Shown here: positions 12,983-26,409 of the stretch, one piece after another
How the letters are laid out: each line of letters begins with the position of its first letter
Position numbering within the stretch: position 1 is the stretch's first letter
NCBI RefSeq assembly: GCF_009914755.1
Contig: NC_060932.1
Origin: the human T2T-CHM13v2.0 reference genome, Homo sapiens
Strand: one strand, 5' to 3'
DNA length: 64,000 bases
Program-made: the position numbers and the translations under genes
Notes under the pieces: model-generated
Database searches by the model: none
Told to the model about the DNA's origin: nothing
The model's input: only the letters and a program-made list of their open reading frames with translations

Positions 12983-14249
12983 TTTCTGATTAGATGACAA
13001 ATAATTCAAAGAACCTCTCAAGATTAACCACAAAAACACATATTTTCCAGACTCTTTATGAAGCTCAATCTTGGTTGAGTTTCATTATGTCATAAGCAAA
13101 TAAGATCCAGGTTGCACAGAAAACATAAAATTCCAGAGATATTTTTGCCATAAATCAGTAAGAACAGTTATTCCTGCTTTAACACAAAAACTATACTTTG
13201 CTGTTAAAGTCTTTAAATGTATAATCTTTCCTTATTTATCTGTATACTATTTGTAACTAACACAGAGCTCCACGTAAAGTTAGATTCAATTGATGTTTAT
13301 TGAATTAAATGTACAAATTCCTGATTGTAATATATATGTATATATTTAAAAATTAAAACTCAAAACTCATTATTGTGCATTTTTGTGTTTAAAGCATTAG
13401 AATAGCTGTTGTAAGGGATACAAAGATTAATAGTAGAGCTTCTTTTCTCCAGTAGCTTATAGTGAGCAGACAAAAGTGCTTACCTAAAAAGGATGCAAAT
13501 GTGAAACTTCCTGTGATTACTGCTATGATAAAAGTAAAGTTGTATAAGATGACACTGAAAGAAAATATCCAATGTAGTTGGAAGGAATTTAAAAAGCATA
13601 CTTGTAGAAAATAGGGGTTGAATTAGTCCCTTTTAATTTATGTTTAAATGGATTTTGATAGCAATAACAAGCAAAAAAAGATAATGAGAAGATATGGGGT
13701 GTTTTAGCAAATAATGAGAAACTTGGAGGTTCTAAGCATAAAGTGTATTGAACAAGACTGGAAAGAGAGGGATTTAGCAGAAAAGCTTGGGAGAAACAGA
13801 GCATCAAGGACATTCTGCTAAACAAGCAAGGCAGTGATGGTTTTTGAACAGTGGCAATGAAGTGTGCATCAAACCTAGGAAGAAGTGAGCTTTAGGGGCC
13901 CCTTACACACATGGTACTGAAATCCAGACTATGAGTCACCTCTTCAACCAGAACATGATCCGTTTATGGAGAAGCTCTTTAACTTGGCTGGAGAACTCAT
14001 TGGAGAAATCCAGTTATTTCGTAATCTGGTAATTAAATAACTGTATCAAGGCCAAATTAGAAAAGAAATAATTAGTAATAACTCTATGTCTAAAGAAATA
14101 GTAGCCCTATGTGTTAGTCTAGGTCCCAGAAGTTATTGTGTGTAATTAAAGCAACTCTTGTCCAAATACCTCTCACTGGAACATCTTCTCTTGCTCTCAG
14201 ATCCTACTTAAAACCATGGGTATTTTCATTGTCATTTAAGAATCAACTC

Positions 14250-14346
14250 TGTATACATATGTAACAAACCTGCACGTTGTGTACATGTACCCTAAAACTT
14301 AAAGTATAATAATAATAAAATTAAAAAATATATATAAAGGAAAAAA
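14250..14346 (+). mobile_element. Extremely 5'-truncated L1PA (L1PA3-5-like) 3' tip
   Basis: TGTATACATATGTAACAAACCTGCACGTTGTG...CCCTAAAACTTAAAGTATAATAA plus an A-rich tail; perfect 12-bp TSD AAGAATCAACTC at 14238-14249 and 14347-14358. Confidence 0.92.
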
Positions 14347-15151
14347 AAGAATCAACTCAAGTTATAGTTTGTCTGTTTTTTTTTATATACCAAACATTTT
14401 TTATATGTTTTCACAATTTTCATCATAATATGTCTTTGGGTATCAAAGTAATACTTCCCATTGTAGGGCATATAAAAATTACCAGAGACTGACAGAAGCA
14501 GAAACAAAATCACTTATGACCACATCACTGAGACCACAAATGAAAACAAATGTGTGTCTTTGCTTTCAGGGTTTCTTCTAAAACATTTTCTTCACCGAAT
14601 AGAGCTTATATTCTATATTATTGTATCTTGCACTTTTTTCCATAACATTTTATTACAGGTATTTCCCATAATATTCAAAATTAAATAAAGGTAATTTTAT
14701 TGTCTATATAATTTTCTTATTTTTAATAAGGTATTATTAAAATAACTGATTTATGAGGATATTGCTTCATTTCTCCTTTTACATATATAAGGTCTCTTTA
14801 ATATGTGGTTAATGGAGTCTTTATTTAGTGCTTATTTCATTCCAATTCCAGACATTTAACAACTATGAATAGAAATGCTTATAAACTAATAGATTTTTTA
14901 AATGGGCAAAAAACAGATATTCAAAAATAAGAGCAAATTGCAATTATGCATAGAAATATAATATCAACTCTCACTATTAGTGATATATAAGTATAAAACT
15001 ACAAACAGCTACTCTATTTTAAGAATTCAAAAAGTTTTTAAAATGTACTTTTTAATTATAGGTTACAATTTTAACTTTTTAAACATTTTCTATTTTCTGT
15101 TTAATAGTATATTATAGGCAAGACTAATATGCTTTTACTTAAGTACGTTTA

Positions 15152-15456
15152 CTTCTGGGTATATATCCAAAGGTATTATAATAAAATCAGTACCTTAAAG
15201 AGATATTTGCACTCCCATGTACGTTGCAGCATTGTTCATAATAGCCAAGATATGGAAACAACCATCACCAGATGAATGGATAAAGAAAATGTGGCATATA
15301 TACATATAATGTACTATTATTCTACCTTACAAAATGAGGAATTCCTGCCATTTGTAAAACTATGGATGAACCTGGAAAACATTATGCTAAGTGAAATAAG
15401 CCAGTCACAGAAAGACAAATACTGCATGATTTCACTTATATGCAGAATCTAACAAA
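15152..15456 (+). mobile_element. L1MA/L1MB ORF2 3' fragment
   Basis: GCAGCATTGTTCATAATAGCCAAGATATGGAAACAACC...GGATGAACCTGGAAAACATTATGCTAAGTGAAATAAGCCAGTCACAGAAAGACAAATACTGCATGA. Confidence 0.85.
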
Positions 15457-15914
15457 TACTTAGAGTTTTGGGGTTTTGCTTTTTGTTTGTTTGCTTTTAA
15501 TCCATGATTTTGTTTGATGGGTTAAGTGGGTTATTTGCTTTCAACCTACTGAGAAGTATTATACCATATCATTAATTTCATTAATATTGGATTTATATTT
15601 TCTAATATATTTAATTTCACTGATTTCTGATTACTAGTCTCTAAAAATAATTCTTTTCGAGTAACATGAAGAATTTATCAAGATTTTACTTTCATGATTT
15701 TTTGTTTTCTTTCCATGTCTTCTTCTCTTTTTTAAATAACCAAGGTTATTGACTGCTGTTATTTGTTTCTATTTCAAAATTATTTTCTATATTATGTGTT
15801 ATACAATATATATCTATGTACAAAAGTTTTACATAAAATTATGTCTTATGTTTTATAGTGCTTTTATATAATTATTTCCATTTTTCAAAGAGATTAACAT
15901 TTTAGTAGCTAGAA

Positions 15915-16036
15915 TGTGTATATCTATATATACACACACACATATACACACACACAAACCTATGACATATATACTATGTAGAGAATAGATATAAACATAT
16001 ATATCTATGTATCTGTATCTGTATTTATATCTATAT
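15915..16036. repeat. TA/CA-rich compound simple repeat
   Basis: Mixed (TA)n, (CA)n and (TATC)-like runs. Confidence 0.8.
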
Positions 16037-16574
16037 CTTTCTCTTGAGAAAAGGCATAGCAATATTCCAAAGCAACCATGTTGCATGCCTTCAAATAATT
16101 CTGTATGGTGGATTCTCTATTTACAATTCTGCCTAGAGTTAATGATGCAGCAGACATTGGTGATAAACTTTTAGAGAGCTGCTTATCTGAAAATATTTCT
16201 TTGACATATTAATGACCACTTGTCTAAGGATGTATTTAAGGGGTCTCACACACTGTTATATTGTGACCTTATTGTCTTCTGGTGTTTGGTGTTGAAGAAA
16301 AACTACTGCTCTAAAGCCAGACTCTTCCTCATTCCCCTCATGGTTGACCTGTGGATTATCTCTAGAAGGATGTTAACAATTTTTAATTCAAAATTTCACA
16401 GAATTATATCTAAGATTGTGTTTATTTTATTTATGTTTGTTTGAGATGTGTTTACTGTTTGAGTTTTTGATCTTATAACCCTCTACACAGATTTTAGAGT
16501 AATTTTATGAAGATGTAATTTAGATATGTTAAAAAAGAATTCGTTCAAGTCAACAGTTTTCTGAACTTTGACAA

Positions 16575-17840
16575 AGGTAAACACTCATTTAATAGCTCTA
16601 AATCAAAATATAGAACATTCTTATCACTCCAGTAAGTCACTTTATGTTTTTACCCATTCAACTCTTACAACTCTGACCCAAGCATTCAACAATACATATT
16701 CCTTCAGAAAAGCTTAATTCTGCCTGTTCATGAATTTTATCCATATGAAATCCTGAAATACACATACTTTTATTGCTGGGTCCTTTCACTCAAAATGATG
16801 GTTTTGTAGTTTACCAATGACATTGCATGTATCAATGGCTTGCTCTTTTAATTATTTATTTGTGTTCTACTATATTTATTATTTTACCAGTTGAGAAGTA
16901 TTTTGGTTACTTTTAGTTTTTGATATTATTAATAAAACCACTATGAATATCTATGCACAAGTCTTTGAGTAAGTGTCTAAAATTCAATTGTTGAGTTACA
17001 TGATAAATGTTCAGTTAACTTTATAAGAAACTGCTAAACTGTTTTTTTCAAAGTGTTATACCATTTCCTCCATCCACCAACAGTGTATTATTGACAAAAA
17101 GAGTCCAACTCTATAAAATACTTGAAGAGATTTATTCTCAGACAAATATGAGTGACTATGGCCCATGATACAGCCCTCAGGAGACCCTGAGAACATGTAC
17201 CCAAGGTGTTCAGGGTACATCTTGGTTTTATACATGTTCAGGAAACACGAGACATCAATCAAATACATTGAAGATACATATTGGTTCTGTCCAGAAAAGC
17301 AGGACAACTGAAAGAAGTGGCTTCCAGGCTATAGGTAGATTTAAAATTTTTCTGATATGTAATTGGTTGAAATAATGATTATCAATAGAAAGGAATGTAT
17401 GAGTTATGATAAAACATTATGGAGATCAAAATTTCATCATGCAGATGGAGCCCCTAGGCCACAGGCTTCAGAGAGAATAAATTGTAAATGTTTCTTATCA
17501 GACTTAAGGTCCATGTTAATGTTAAATGCTGGTCAGCTTTTCTTGAATTCCAAAAGGGAGGAAGGCATAATGAGGCCACCTCCGAATCCCTACTTCTGTC
17601 ATGGCCTGATCCAGTCTTTCAGGTTAAGTTTTAGTGTCCTGGCCTAGAGGAGGAAGTGCGTTCAGATGGTTGGGGTGGATCTTTGAATTTTATTTTTGGT
17701 TTACAGTATGAAATTGCTACTGTAACTGCTCCATATACCCCCTGACATGTAGTGTTTACAGTCTTTTTAATTTTAGCCACTCATTGGTTGTGAACTGGTA
17801 TTTCTCTGTAATTTTAATTTGCATTCTCTGTTGGCTAATA
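16575..17840 (-). mobile_element. Old L1ME 3' fragment, interrupted by MER4A
   Basis: Antisense L1ME 3'-end motifs (TAGAACATTCTTATCACTCC, CTTTCACTCAAAATGATG, TAAGAAACTGCTAAACTGTTTTTTTCAAAGTG). The sequence resumes after 17709 (TTTTAATTTTAGCCAC...TTTAATTTGCATT). Confidence 0.65.
17089..17705 (-). mobile_element. MER4A-like solo LTR (ERV1)
   Basis: The reverse complement starts TGTAAACCAAAAATAAAATTC. 4-bp TSD GTAT at 17085-17088 and 17706-17709. Homologous to the copy at 20457-21071. Confidence 0.88.
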
Positions 17841-17841
17841 T

Positions 17842-18413
17842 TATACGTCAGCTTCTAAGATAGCACCCAATTATCGGCACCTTTTCTTTTTCACTATTGA
17901 GGCCCTTGTTATAATGTCCTCTCTTTGAATGTGGACATACTTTATAACTTTTTTTTCTAATCAATAAAATATAGCCAAAAATATAAGATGTCATTTCCAA
18001 GATTAGTTTAGAAAATACTGTGATTTCCATCTTGCTAGCAGACACTCTGTCTTGCTGACTTTGATGAAGCACGTGGCCATGTTGGAGGGGTACACATAGC
18101 ACAGAACTGAGAGCGACCTCCAGCCAGCAGCCGGCCAGGAACCCAGGTTCTCATTTCAACAGCCCACAAAAAACTGAATGCTGCCAAAACCCATTTTTAT
18201 AGCTGAAAGGCAGATCTTTCCCCAGTTGAGTCTTTAGGTGTTATCCCAGTATTTGCCAATAATTGGTAGTCTTGTGAGGTACCCTGAAGCAGAGGAACAA
18301 GTTAAGCTGTGCCAAAATTACTGATCCATAGAAACTATGAAATAACGCAAGTTTGTGGCTTTTTACCTGCTGAGGTTTGGAGTAATTTGTTTTGCAGCAA
18401 GAGATAACTAATA
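17842..18413 (+). mobile_element. MLT1E/F-like MaLR LTR
   Basis: GCTTCTAAGATAGCACCCAAT...AGAACTGAGAGCGACCTCCAGCCAGCAGCC...GTTTGGAGTAATTTGTTTTGCAGCAAGAGATAACTAATA. Confidence 0.8.
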
Positions 18414-18899
18414 TTAACAAATTCTTCTTTAATTTTGTGAACAAAGCTTTTACAAAATACATATTAAATTCAACCTCTGGATACATCAGGTTTGTTTCTT
18501 ACTGGATTATTTTTTCCTATACATGGTTACATTTTCATTTTTCTTTGGATGTTTAGTAATATTTGACTATATGTAGTACAATGTGGTTTATACAATGGAT
18601 TCTGTTATCTTCCTCTGCAGGCTGTTGATAATTTGTTCAATAAAGCAGTTTAGTGACTAAATTATCACCTTGAACTTGTAAAGGCTTAGCTTTACCCTTT
18701 GTCTGGGCAGAGCTGTGAAAGCCCAAGATGCTTCTTGGGCTCCAAAACTGGGTAGAGCTTCACCTTCATATTCTGTCTTTCTGGCAGATCTAAAGGCTTA
18801 GTTTTCGGCTTTGTTTGAAGATGTCTAGACAAAATCTTGTTTTAGGGTCTTGCTCTTCTTTTAAGGCTTGACATTTCTGGTGGCCTGCTTGCATGTGCA

Positions 18900-19334
18900 G
18901 AATGGTGTTTGTTGCCTCCAATCTCATGTTAAATCACAAATTTTGTAAACTTATCTCATTCAATTTGCCTGGATGTTGGAGGTGGAGCCTGGTGGAATGT
19001 GTTCAGGTCACAAAGGCAGATCCCACATGAATGGCTTGGTGCTCCCACCTGTGGTAATGGATGAGTTATTGCTCTGTTTCTTCACATGAGAGCTGGTTGG
19101 TTAAAAGTTCAGAGCACCTACCCCCTCTCTTTTGCTCCCTCTCTTGCCACGTGACTCGCTGTCTCCTCTTTCCCTTCCACAGTGATTGAAAGCTCCGTGA
19201 AGCCTTCACCAGAAGCAGATGCTGGCACCATGCTTCTTGTATAGACTGCAGAACCATGAGCCAAATAAACCTCATTCTTCATAAACTACCCCATCTTAGG
19301 TATTCCTTTGTAGCAACACAAACAGGCTGACACA
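18900..19334 (+). mobile_element. MSTB-like MaLR LTR
   Basis: TGTTGGAGGTGGAGCCTGGTGG...CCAGAAGCAGATGCTGGCACCATGCTTCTTGTA...GAACCATGAGCCAAATAAACCTC...AGCAACACAAA. Confidence 0.85.
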
Positions 19335-19674
19335 TGTGACAATAGACACTAATGTATCTCTACATTTTGTCTCAGTCAGAACTGGGGCATATTTCAGTGT
19401 TACCCAAACCCTAGTGTCTGTTCTATGCTCAGCCCTGCAGCTGCTCTCTAGGTAACCTTGTACATTCTCATCCAGTTCATCTCCTGCCAGCCCTCCAGCC
19501 AAACACTCATGAGTGAGCAAATATAACTTTCGGTGCCCCTGAAGAACTCTTTGTCTCTAGTGTTCTGCATTACAGATTTCAACTACTTTACTTCCCCAGA
19601 CTCTTATCTTTGCCTCCTTAGCTCGAGGGAGCAGTCATATACTTCTTAGAGCAAAGCTGATTTTGATGTGGTTG

Positions 19675-20454
19675 TGAAATGGGAAAAGTTTCCTAATCCC
19701 CCTTGCAGGGCGTGCAATGGGTATGTGGCTCACTTCTTCAGTGTCCTGCTGTTCAAACCTCTATGGGAAGCATGCAGACTGGCAGGTTGTGGGGCTCTGA
19801 CCCCATGGCAGTGTCTAGGGGTGAATGTTTACACCTGAAGCCCCAGTGGGCATGTGTTACAGTGTGCTCTTTCAGTTTAGCCATCCATAGACAGCTTGTG
19901 TTTATCAGCTCAATTAGACCCTCTGCCTTATCACAAGAACAGAGGGCTTTCTGTATCCCAGGTTCTTGCCTTGGTGTACCGGAAGAATTGGATCACGTGT
20001 GGGCTTGGAGGATGGGTGCAAGATTTTTTACTGAGTGGTGGTGGATCTCAGTGAGGTGGATGGCAGGCCAGAAGCGGGATGGTGTGGGAAGGTGGTTTTC
20101 CCCTGGAGTCAGGCCGCCCAGCAGCTGGGCTCTCCTCTGACTGTCCTGGCCAAACTTCACATCGTTCAGTTGTTGACGGCTGGCATTTGCCAGGGCCTGT
20201 CGGTGTGCTCTTCCACCAGTGTGCTCCTCTTGACGTCCAGCCGCTTGTGTCTTTGCCCTCTAGGGTCTTGGGGCTTTTATAGGACAGGACAAAGGCATGG
20301 AAGGCCAGAGTGGTCTTGGAAAATGCAATATTTGGGCACAAAGGCAGGAGTCCCTGTCTTTACCTCGGTCCCTGGGCACAGGCTGGAGGGTAGAGCCCGT
20401 GCCAGGGATCCTGCCCATCTCCTCCCAGCACTTCCCTGCCCTTCTTGCGTATCA
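19675..20454 (-). mobile_element. LTR1-family (HUERS-P2-related) solo LTR
   Basis: The reverse complement starts TGATACGCAAGAAGGGCAGGGAAGTGCTGGGA and ends CTTTTCCCATTTCA. 4-bp TSD GTTG/ATTG at 19671-19674 and 20455-20458. The subfamily is uncertain. Confidence 0.75.
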
Positions 20455-20456
20455 AT

Positions 20457-21110
20457 TGTAAACAAAAAATAAAATTCTAAGGCCCCCCAACCATCTGAAT
20501 GGATTTCCTCCTCAGCCAGGGCTCTTAAAATTTAACCTGAAAGACTGGTTCAGGACATGAAGGAAAGTGGGAGATGGACATGCCTCATTATACCTCTCCA
20601 GCATTTGCATCAACACAGACTTTAAGTCTGATAAGACACATTTTACAACCTATTCTCTCTGAAGCCTGTGAGCTAAAAGCTTCATCTGTATAGTAAAACT
20701 GTGGTCTCTGCAACCTGTTATCGCAACCCCAGACATTCCTTTCTGTTGATCGCAGGTCTTTAGACAAACTCAACCAATTGTTAACCAGAAAATGTTTAAA
20801 TTTACCTATAGCCTGGAAGCTCTCCCCACCCCCCTAGCTGCCCAGGCTTTCAGTTGTCTCACCTTTTTGGACCAAACCATGTATTTCTTAAATGTATTTC
20901 ATTGATATCTCATGTCTCCCTAAAATGTCTAAAACAAAGCTGCACCCTGATCTCCTTGGGCCCATATTCTCATAACTTCCTGAGGGCTGTGTCAAGGGCC
21001 ATGGTCACTCATATTTGGTTCAGAATAAACCTCTTCAAATATTTTACAGGGTTAGACTGTTTTCATTGACGATAATTTGGTTTCACAGAGTTTGACTGTT
21101 CTCGTCGGCA
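20457..21110 (+). mobile_element. MER4A-like LTR plus a duplicated terminal 30 bp (internally deleted provirus)
   Basis: TGTAAACAAAAAATAAAATTCTAAGGCCCCCCAACC... ends at 21071, followed by ATAATTTGG and a second LTR terminus (21081-21110). TSD TGGT at 19669-19672 and 21111-21114. Confidence 0.85.
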
Positions 21111-23459
21111 TGGTTGAGACATTATCCCTGGCAGAAGGCTGGACTGGCATGGACATCATTTGATGAGTTCGTCTCCTCTTAACAATCAAAGCCTGTTTTC
21201 CAGTGCGAATAAACTGTTGCCTTATATATTGTTTTCCCATTTTTATAGTTGTTTACTGCAAAAAAGAGTCTGGTACAAGTTACTTTGCTAAAACCTTGAT
21301 AAAGTTTTATTCTACGATTCTTCAATCAATGTTTCTGTTTTGTTTATTCTGTTATCTCTGTTGTGTCATACCATAATTCTCTCATTAATAGCTCATATTC
21401 TTTTTCATAGCTATTCAATTCTTTAGCAGTTTCTACTTTTATGTTTGGGAGAAAATTGAAAGCTTGATTTCTTATTTTGACAAGTTTTCTAAAGGTTTCA
21501 GCATGCAATATTTTTTTTCATAGCCTTACAGTTTGTAATAGTTCATCTGATTGTAAAGCTCTTACAATCTTTCCTGATTTTAAGTCATTTTAACAACGAC
21601 TTTCTCTCTTTTTTATTTTTAAGAAACAATGTCCTCCTTTTCATTTGTTGAGAACTCTACTCAGCTTTTAAAAAACTTCCTGTGTATGTACCTTAATTCT
21701 TTTGACAATAAAACATTACTCTGAATATTCAAAGGGTCTTTCTTCTTTAGAATGGTGGTTCCAAAGAGCTATATTTTCCTACATTTGGTGATCTTTCTTT
21801 TGTAAATTTGGAACTTGGTTTATAGCTTTTTAAAAAGGTTTTACCAACTACTAATATGGAACCACATGCTGTTTTCTTTATGAGTGGATTTTTCAGACAT
21901 TCTGTTAATGCAAACCAGACGTTCATGACTGCATCAGTCTATGAAAGCTGAGAGATACCTGGGGCCATAGGCATTCTCTCCAGTACAAGTTGCCTCTTCT
22001 TTTCCTTTGCCATGTTTAATGAAGTTCACTTATTCATGTCAAAATACTTTTTTTTCCTTCACCCATTCACTTTCTCCTTGTTGTCCTTCAGCCTCATCCC
22101 ACCTCCTCCTCTACTCACACACAAACACATTCCAAGCCTGATCCCTGGGACTTGCCCAAGGCAGGTGGGAGTTCATTTGTTCTCTAAATGTTTTACCCCG
22201 CACCCTACCTCCTAACCCCCTGCCCCTCCACCTGGCTCCCCCACATTTCCCTCTAAGAGGGAGTTGTAAGATGGTTTATCCTCAGGCACTTCCACTTATC
22301 TCCTGGGCATATGCCCTTTCTCAGAAAAAGTAGTAAGTTGGAATATTACAACATCCTCTGATGTAATGTAGCCACTCACTTAGTTTACAAATCAGAAATC
22401 AGTGGTAGTTTTTGTTGTTTTGTCAACATCCTGAAGAATTAAATACGGATACTCCTATATACAAACATTTTACTCCCATCTTTATATTCTTTTTTTTTCT
22501 GTTTGCCATTCTAATTGAAATCGAGTGGTAGAAAGCAACATAGATAGGCTCATTGTCATCTTACCCAGGAAATAAAGGAAAACTTACTGAATGCAAACTT
22601 GGTACTGTACACTAGAATGTAAAAGCTCACTTCCAGCTTAGTAAAGGACCAAGAAAGCTACTACAAAGCGAATTCAAGCACTGGAGCTACTCTACTGAAC
22701 CACATAGAATCCTGTCCTCCCTCACCATGTCCACAAGGACACAGTATGGGGTAGAAAGGCAACACATGCCTGTGCAGAAGGAAAGAGCAGGTTACTGTAT
22801 TAGAAAAGCCATTTGTGTGAGGCCAAATCGTGATTCTGACAGCCCAATTATGACAAGTGACATATTTACAAGGTGCCAATCTGTCAAATAAATGGAGACT
22901 AAATTGGCTCTGGAATAATAGCTTATAATTCTTTCTGCTGCTTTCTTTGACTGATGTGCTTTATTTTTACCTTTTTTTTTTTTCTTCACATACTTCAGCT
23001 GATTTGTGAGTCCAGGAAATGGTAGGTGCATCTTTAATCCAGTTCAAAGGGGCAAAGGACTAGCATTTACAGTCCACATATGATCAGCTTCGGTGCTAAT
23101 TTAATTACAGAAATGACCTCTGTTAATCATTATAACATTTAATCATGTAGGTATTATTCCTACTTCCTACTTTAAAAATGTTTGAAGAAGCACCAGTGTC
23201 CATCAAATAGCTCATAATTACACAGTTCAAAGGGGAAGAATATTTGTATTTGATGACTTATTTCTTTGACTCATCATTCTATGTCATGACAGGTAGTTAA
23301 TTGTTACTACTTAACTCCACTGCAGTTACTAGTCACACACCTCTCTTCCATAGTAAAACTCTATGAGGGAAAAGACTGTTTTATCTATTCATTGCTTACT
23401 CAGAAACTTAGTACAGTGGAAATCAGAAAACATTTATTTAATTCCAAAGCCCATAGAAT

Positions 23460-23600
23460 AACATTAGTAAATTGACTTGGAGGTTGAGACTTAAGTTATA
23501 GAAAGGTCTCTCTCTACTTTTCGTTCAGTGATTCTTTCATCTGTACAATGGGTCTATTATCTGACCTACAGGACTATTGTAAGGAACATAAATAGGATGG
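23460..23600 (+). mobile_element. MIR SINE relic
   Basis: TTCAGTGATTCTTTCATCTGTACAATGGG...TCTGACCTACAGGACTATTGTAAGGA matches the MIR core. Confidence 0.55.
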
Positions 23601-23670
23601 AATAGAAAACAATGCAATGCAATAAGGAGAAAATATCAGAATATAACATAGATATAGATGATATCTATAG

Positions 23671-24161
<491 letters not shown>

Positions 24162-26409
24162 TAATATGTTTAAATATTTCCTTGCTATGCAATTTTATGT
24201 ATTATGCATTGTGCTACAATAAAGATACCTGTACATCAATCTTTGTTTAAAATGTGTTTCTACTGAATTATCTGGGTTGAATTCTGAGAAATAAAATTAT
24301 AAATGTAGAGATAGGAGTTGAATTATATTGCCAATTTGGTGTTTAGTCGGTTTGTAATAATCTATTCTTTCACTAACAAAGAATGCACATGTTAAAATAA
24401 GATATTCTCCTAAAAATCAAAAGTTACCTTTAATAAAATAGTTAATTAGATAATTTAGCAAGATTGACTCTTTAAATATGGGTCAGTTATGTGTATTATA
24501 TTGAGTGAACTTTTAAATTTTTAAAATGTTCTTATGACCTAATTTTCATAGTGATTTCCTGATACATTGATGATTGAGATACATAAAACATTCTTAGTGC
24601 CTAATATTTACCTCTAAAAACAATATTGCTTTTTAAATTGGCAAAATGTTTGGTGGCTGGCTGCCTGTGATACTTTGTAAGTTAACTATTTCTATGTTTA
24701 TTTATTTATACTTGGATATTTATCAAGTTTTAATAACTTGCTGCAAACGAAAATGTTTAATAAATTGATCAATGTTTAAACTATGCGTTAGACATTTGCA
24801 ATGTATGTGGCAATATATTACACACAACAACTCTCTATAATAAATAGGATAAGTATGGACTATGAGTGATGCCTTCACAGAGTAAAGTCCGGTAGAAAAC
24901 ATAGGCAAAGTGCAGCCAACTAAAGGATTTCGGAGGTGCCATTGAAGTGCCCTGAGTCTCACCTTTTAAGGAGTCCTGGCCTGAAGCTAGTGATGCAGGG
25001 GAGCAAAACATCAATGGGATTTATTAAAGAGAAAAGTAGCTGACTTCGCAGTTGGGAGGCTTAGTGCATGGGGGGCAAACTGCTGTTCACATAATCCTCA
25101 GGGCAAGAGAAGGACTAAGTGCCTGTTGTAAAGGCCAGTAGATTTGCGTCTGTCTAGGGATCCAGCATCCTTCCCAGAGTATGTCCCCTATGGGATTTTT
25201 AATGATGCACCATGGACTAAGCATTAGAGATCCAACTGGGTCTTTTGTGTCTTGTCCAATCAAACTACTGAGTGGAGAAAAGAAGCTCAAGGCTAATGTC
25301 AATTTCTTAAAGGCTCTAGAAAGATATGCACAAAATTCTTGCATTAGTGATACATGTAATAAAGAAAATAATATTAAGTCAGAGAGAGCAGTTTCCAGCA
25401 ATTGCCCATCAGAGAAAAGGCTTTCTATATCTATAGGGAAAATGTAAAACAATCATTCAGTGAAAACTCGCACTATCTCTTTCCCCTTCCCCTTGCCTAT
25501 GCTCAGACCTCACAGGGACCAGATAGAACAGTAAAGTTCCAGTAAATAAAGGAACAAAGAAGAAAAGACACTCTTCACCTCTCCCATCAACTGTGCGTGG
25601 TGAGGCTGTCAGGAACTCAGATGGGAATGGGAAGAACACTGACGTTTAAAACAAGTTTAGATTTTTTTTCTTACAAAAAGTTGGACATTTTAATTTGTAG
25701 AATGAGAGTGTTTTATGACAAAGTGAATTTAAGATAATGAATTACCTAGGAGTGAGGAAAAAGTCATCAAATCTGCCCATTTATTTTTTTAATAAAACCA
25801 AGAAGAAAAGACTTTCCTCTCTGCATGAATTTTAAGGAGAGAGTGGAACAAAAATAAAGTGTGTTTTTAGTTTTATTCCAATAATGCATGAAAGACATTG
25901 TTTATGCATGAAAATATAACCATGGTTAAGACAATTATGGGGAAATAGATGCATTAAGAGAATATTGAAGGGGCATCTATACGAAAGTAAGGATACAAGC
26001 AGCACTTAAACATGAAGGATTTGTACTAGGAGTAGCCATAAAAGCATGCAAGAAGATTATTGCAGGTAGAGCGGCAACCAGGTGTGAAGGCCTGTAATTG
26101 ACAAAAGTAAGACAGAAAGTGTTTTCCTATATCTTTTTATATGGGTAGCGCGCTGTATTTAATGGTTTTTTTTTATATTGGCTTTTTTTGTGTTGTTTCA
26201 ACTGAATTATAGAGGAAGAGAAATGGGAGTTGCTAGAATCCCACAGCCAGCTCTGATAGGGCGAGGGCTCAATATTACGTCTCCCACATTTTTCTTCTGC
26301 ATAAATGTAGCCCTTTTCTGAGAGAATTATGATAGGTTCTTTCTAGGTTAACATTTTTGGTTTTTAAAAAGGGATTTAACCTTCTCCTACTAATATACTT
26401 AGTAAAAAT

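Noticed and set aside
19703-20472. Two overlapping 145-aa ORFs
   Set aside because: They lie essentially within the GC-rich LTR1-family LTR, where stop codons are scarce, and show no protein motifs.
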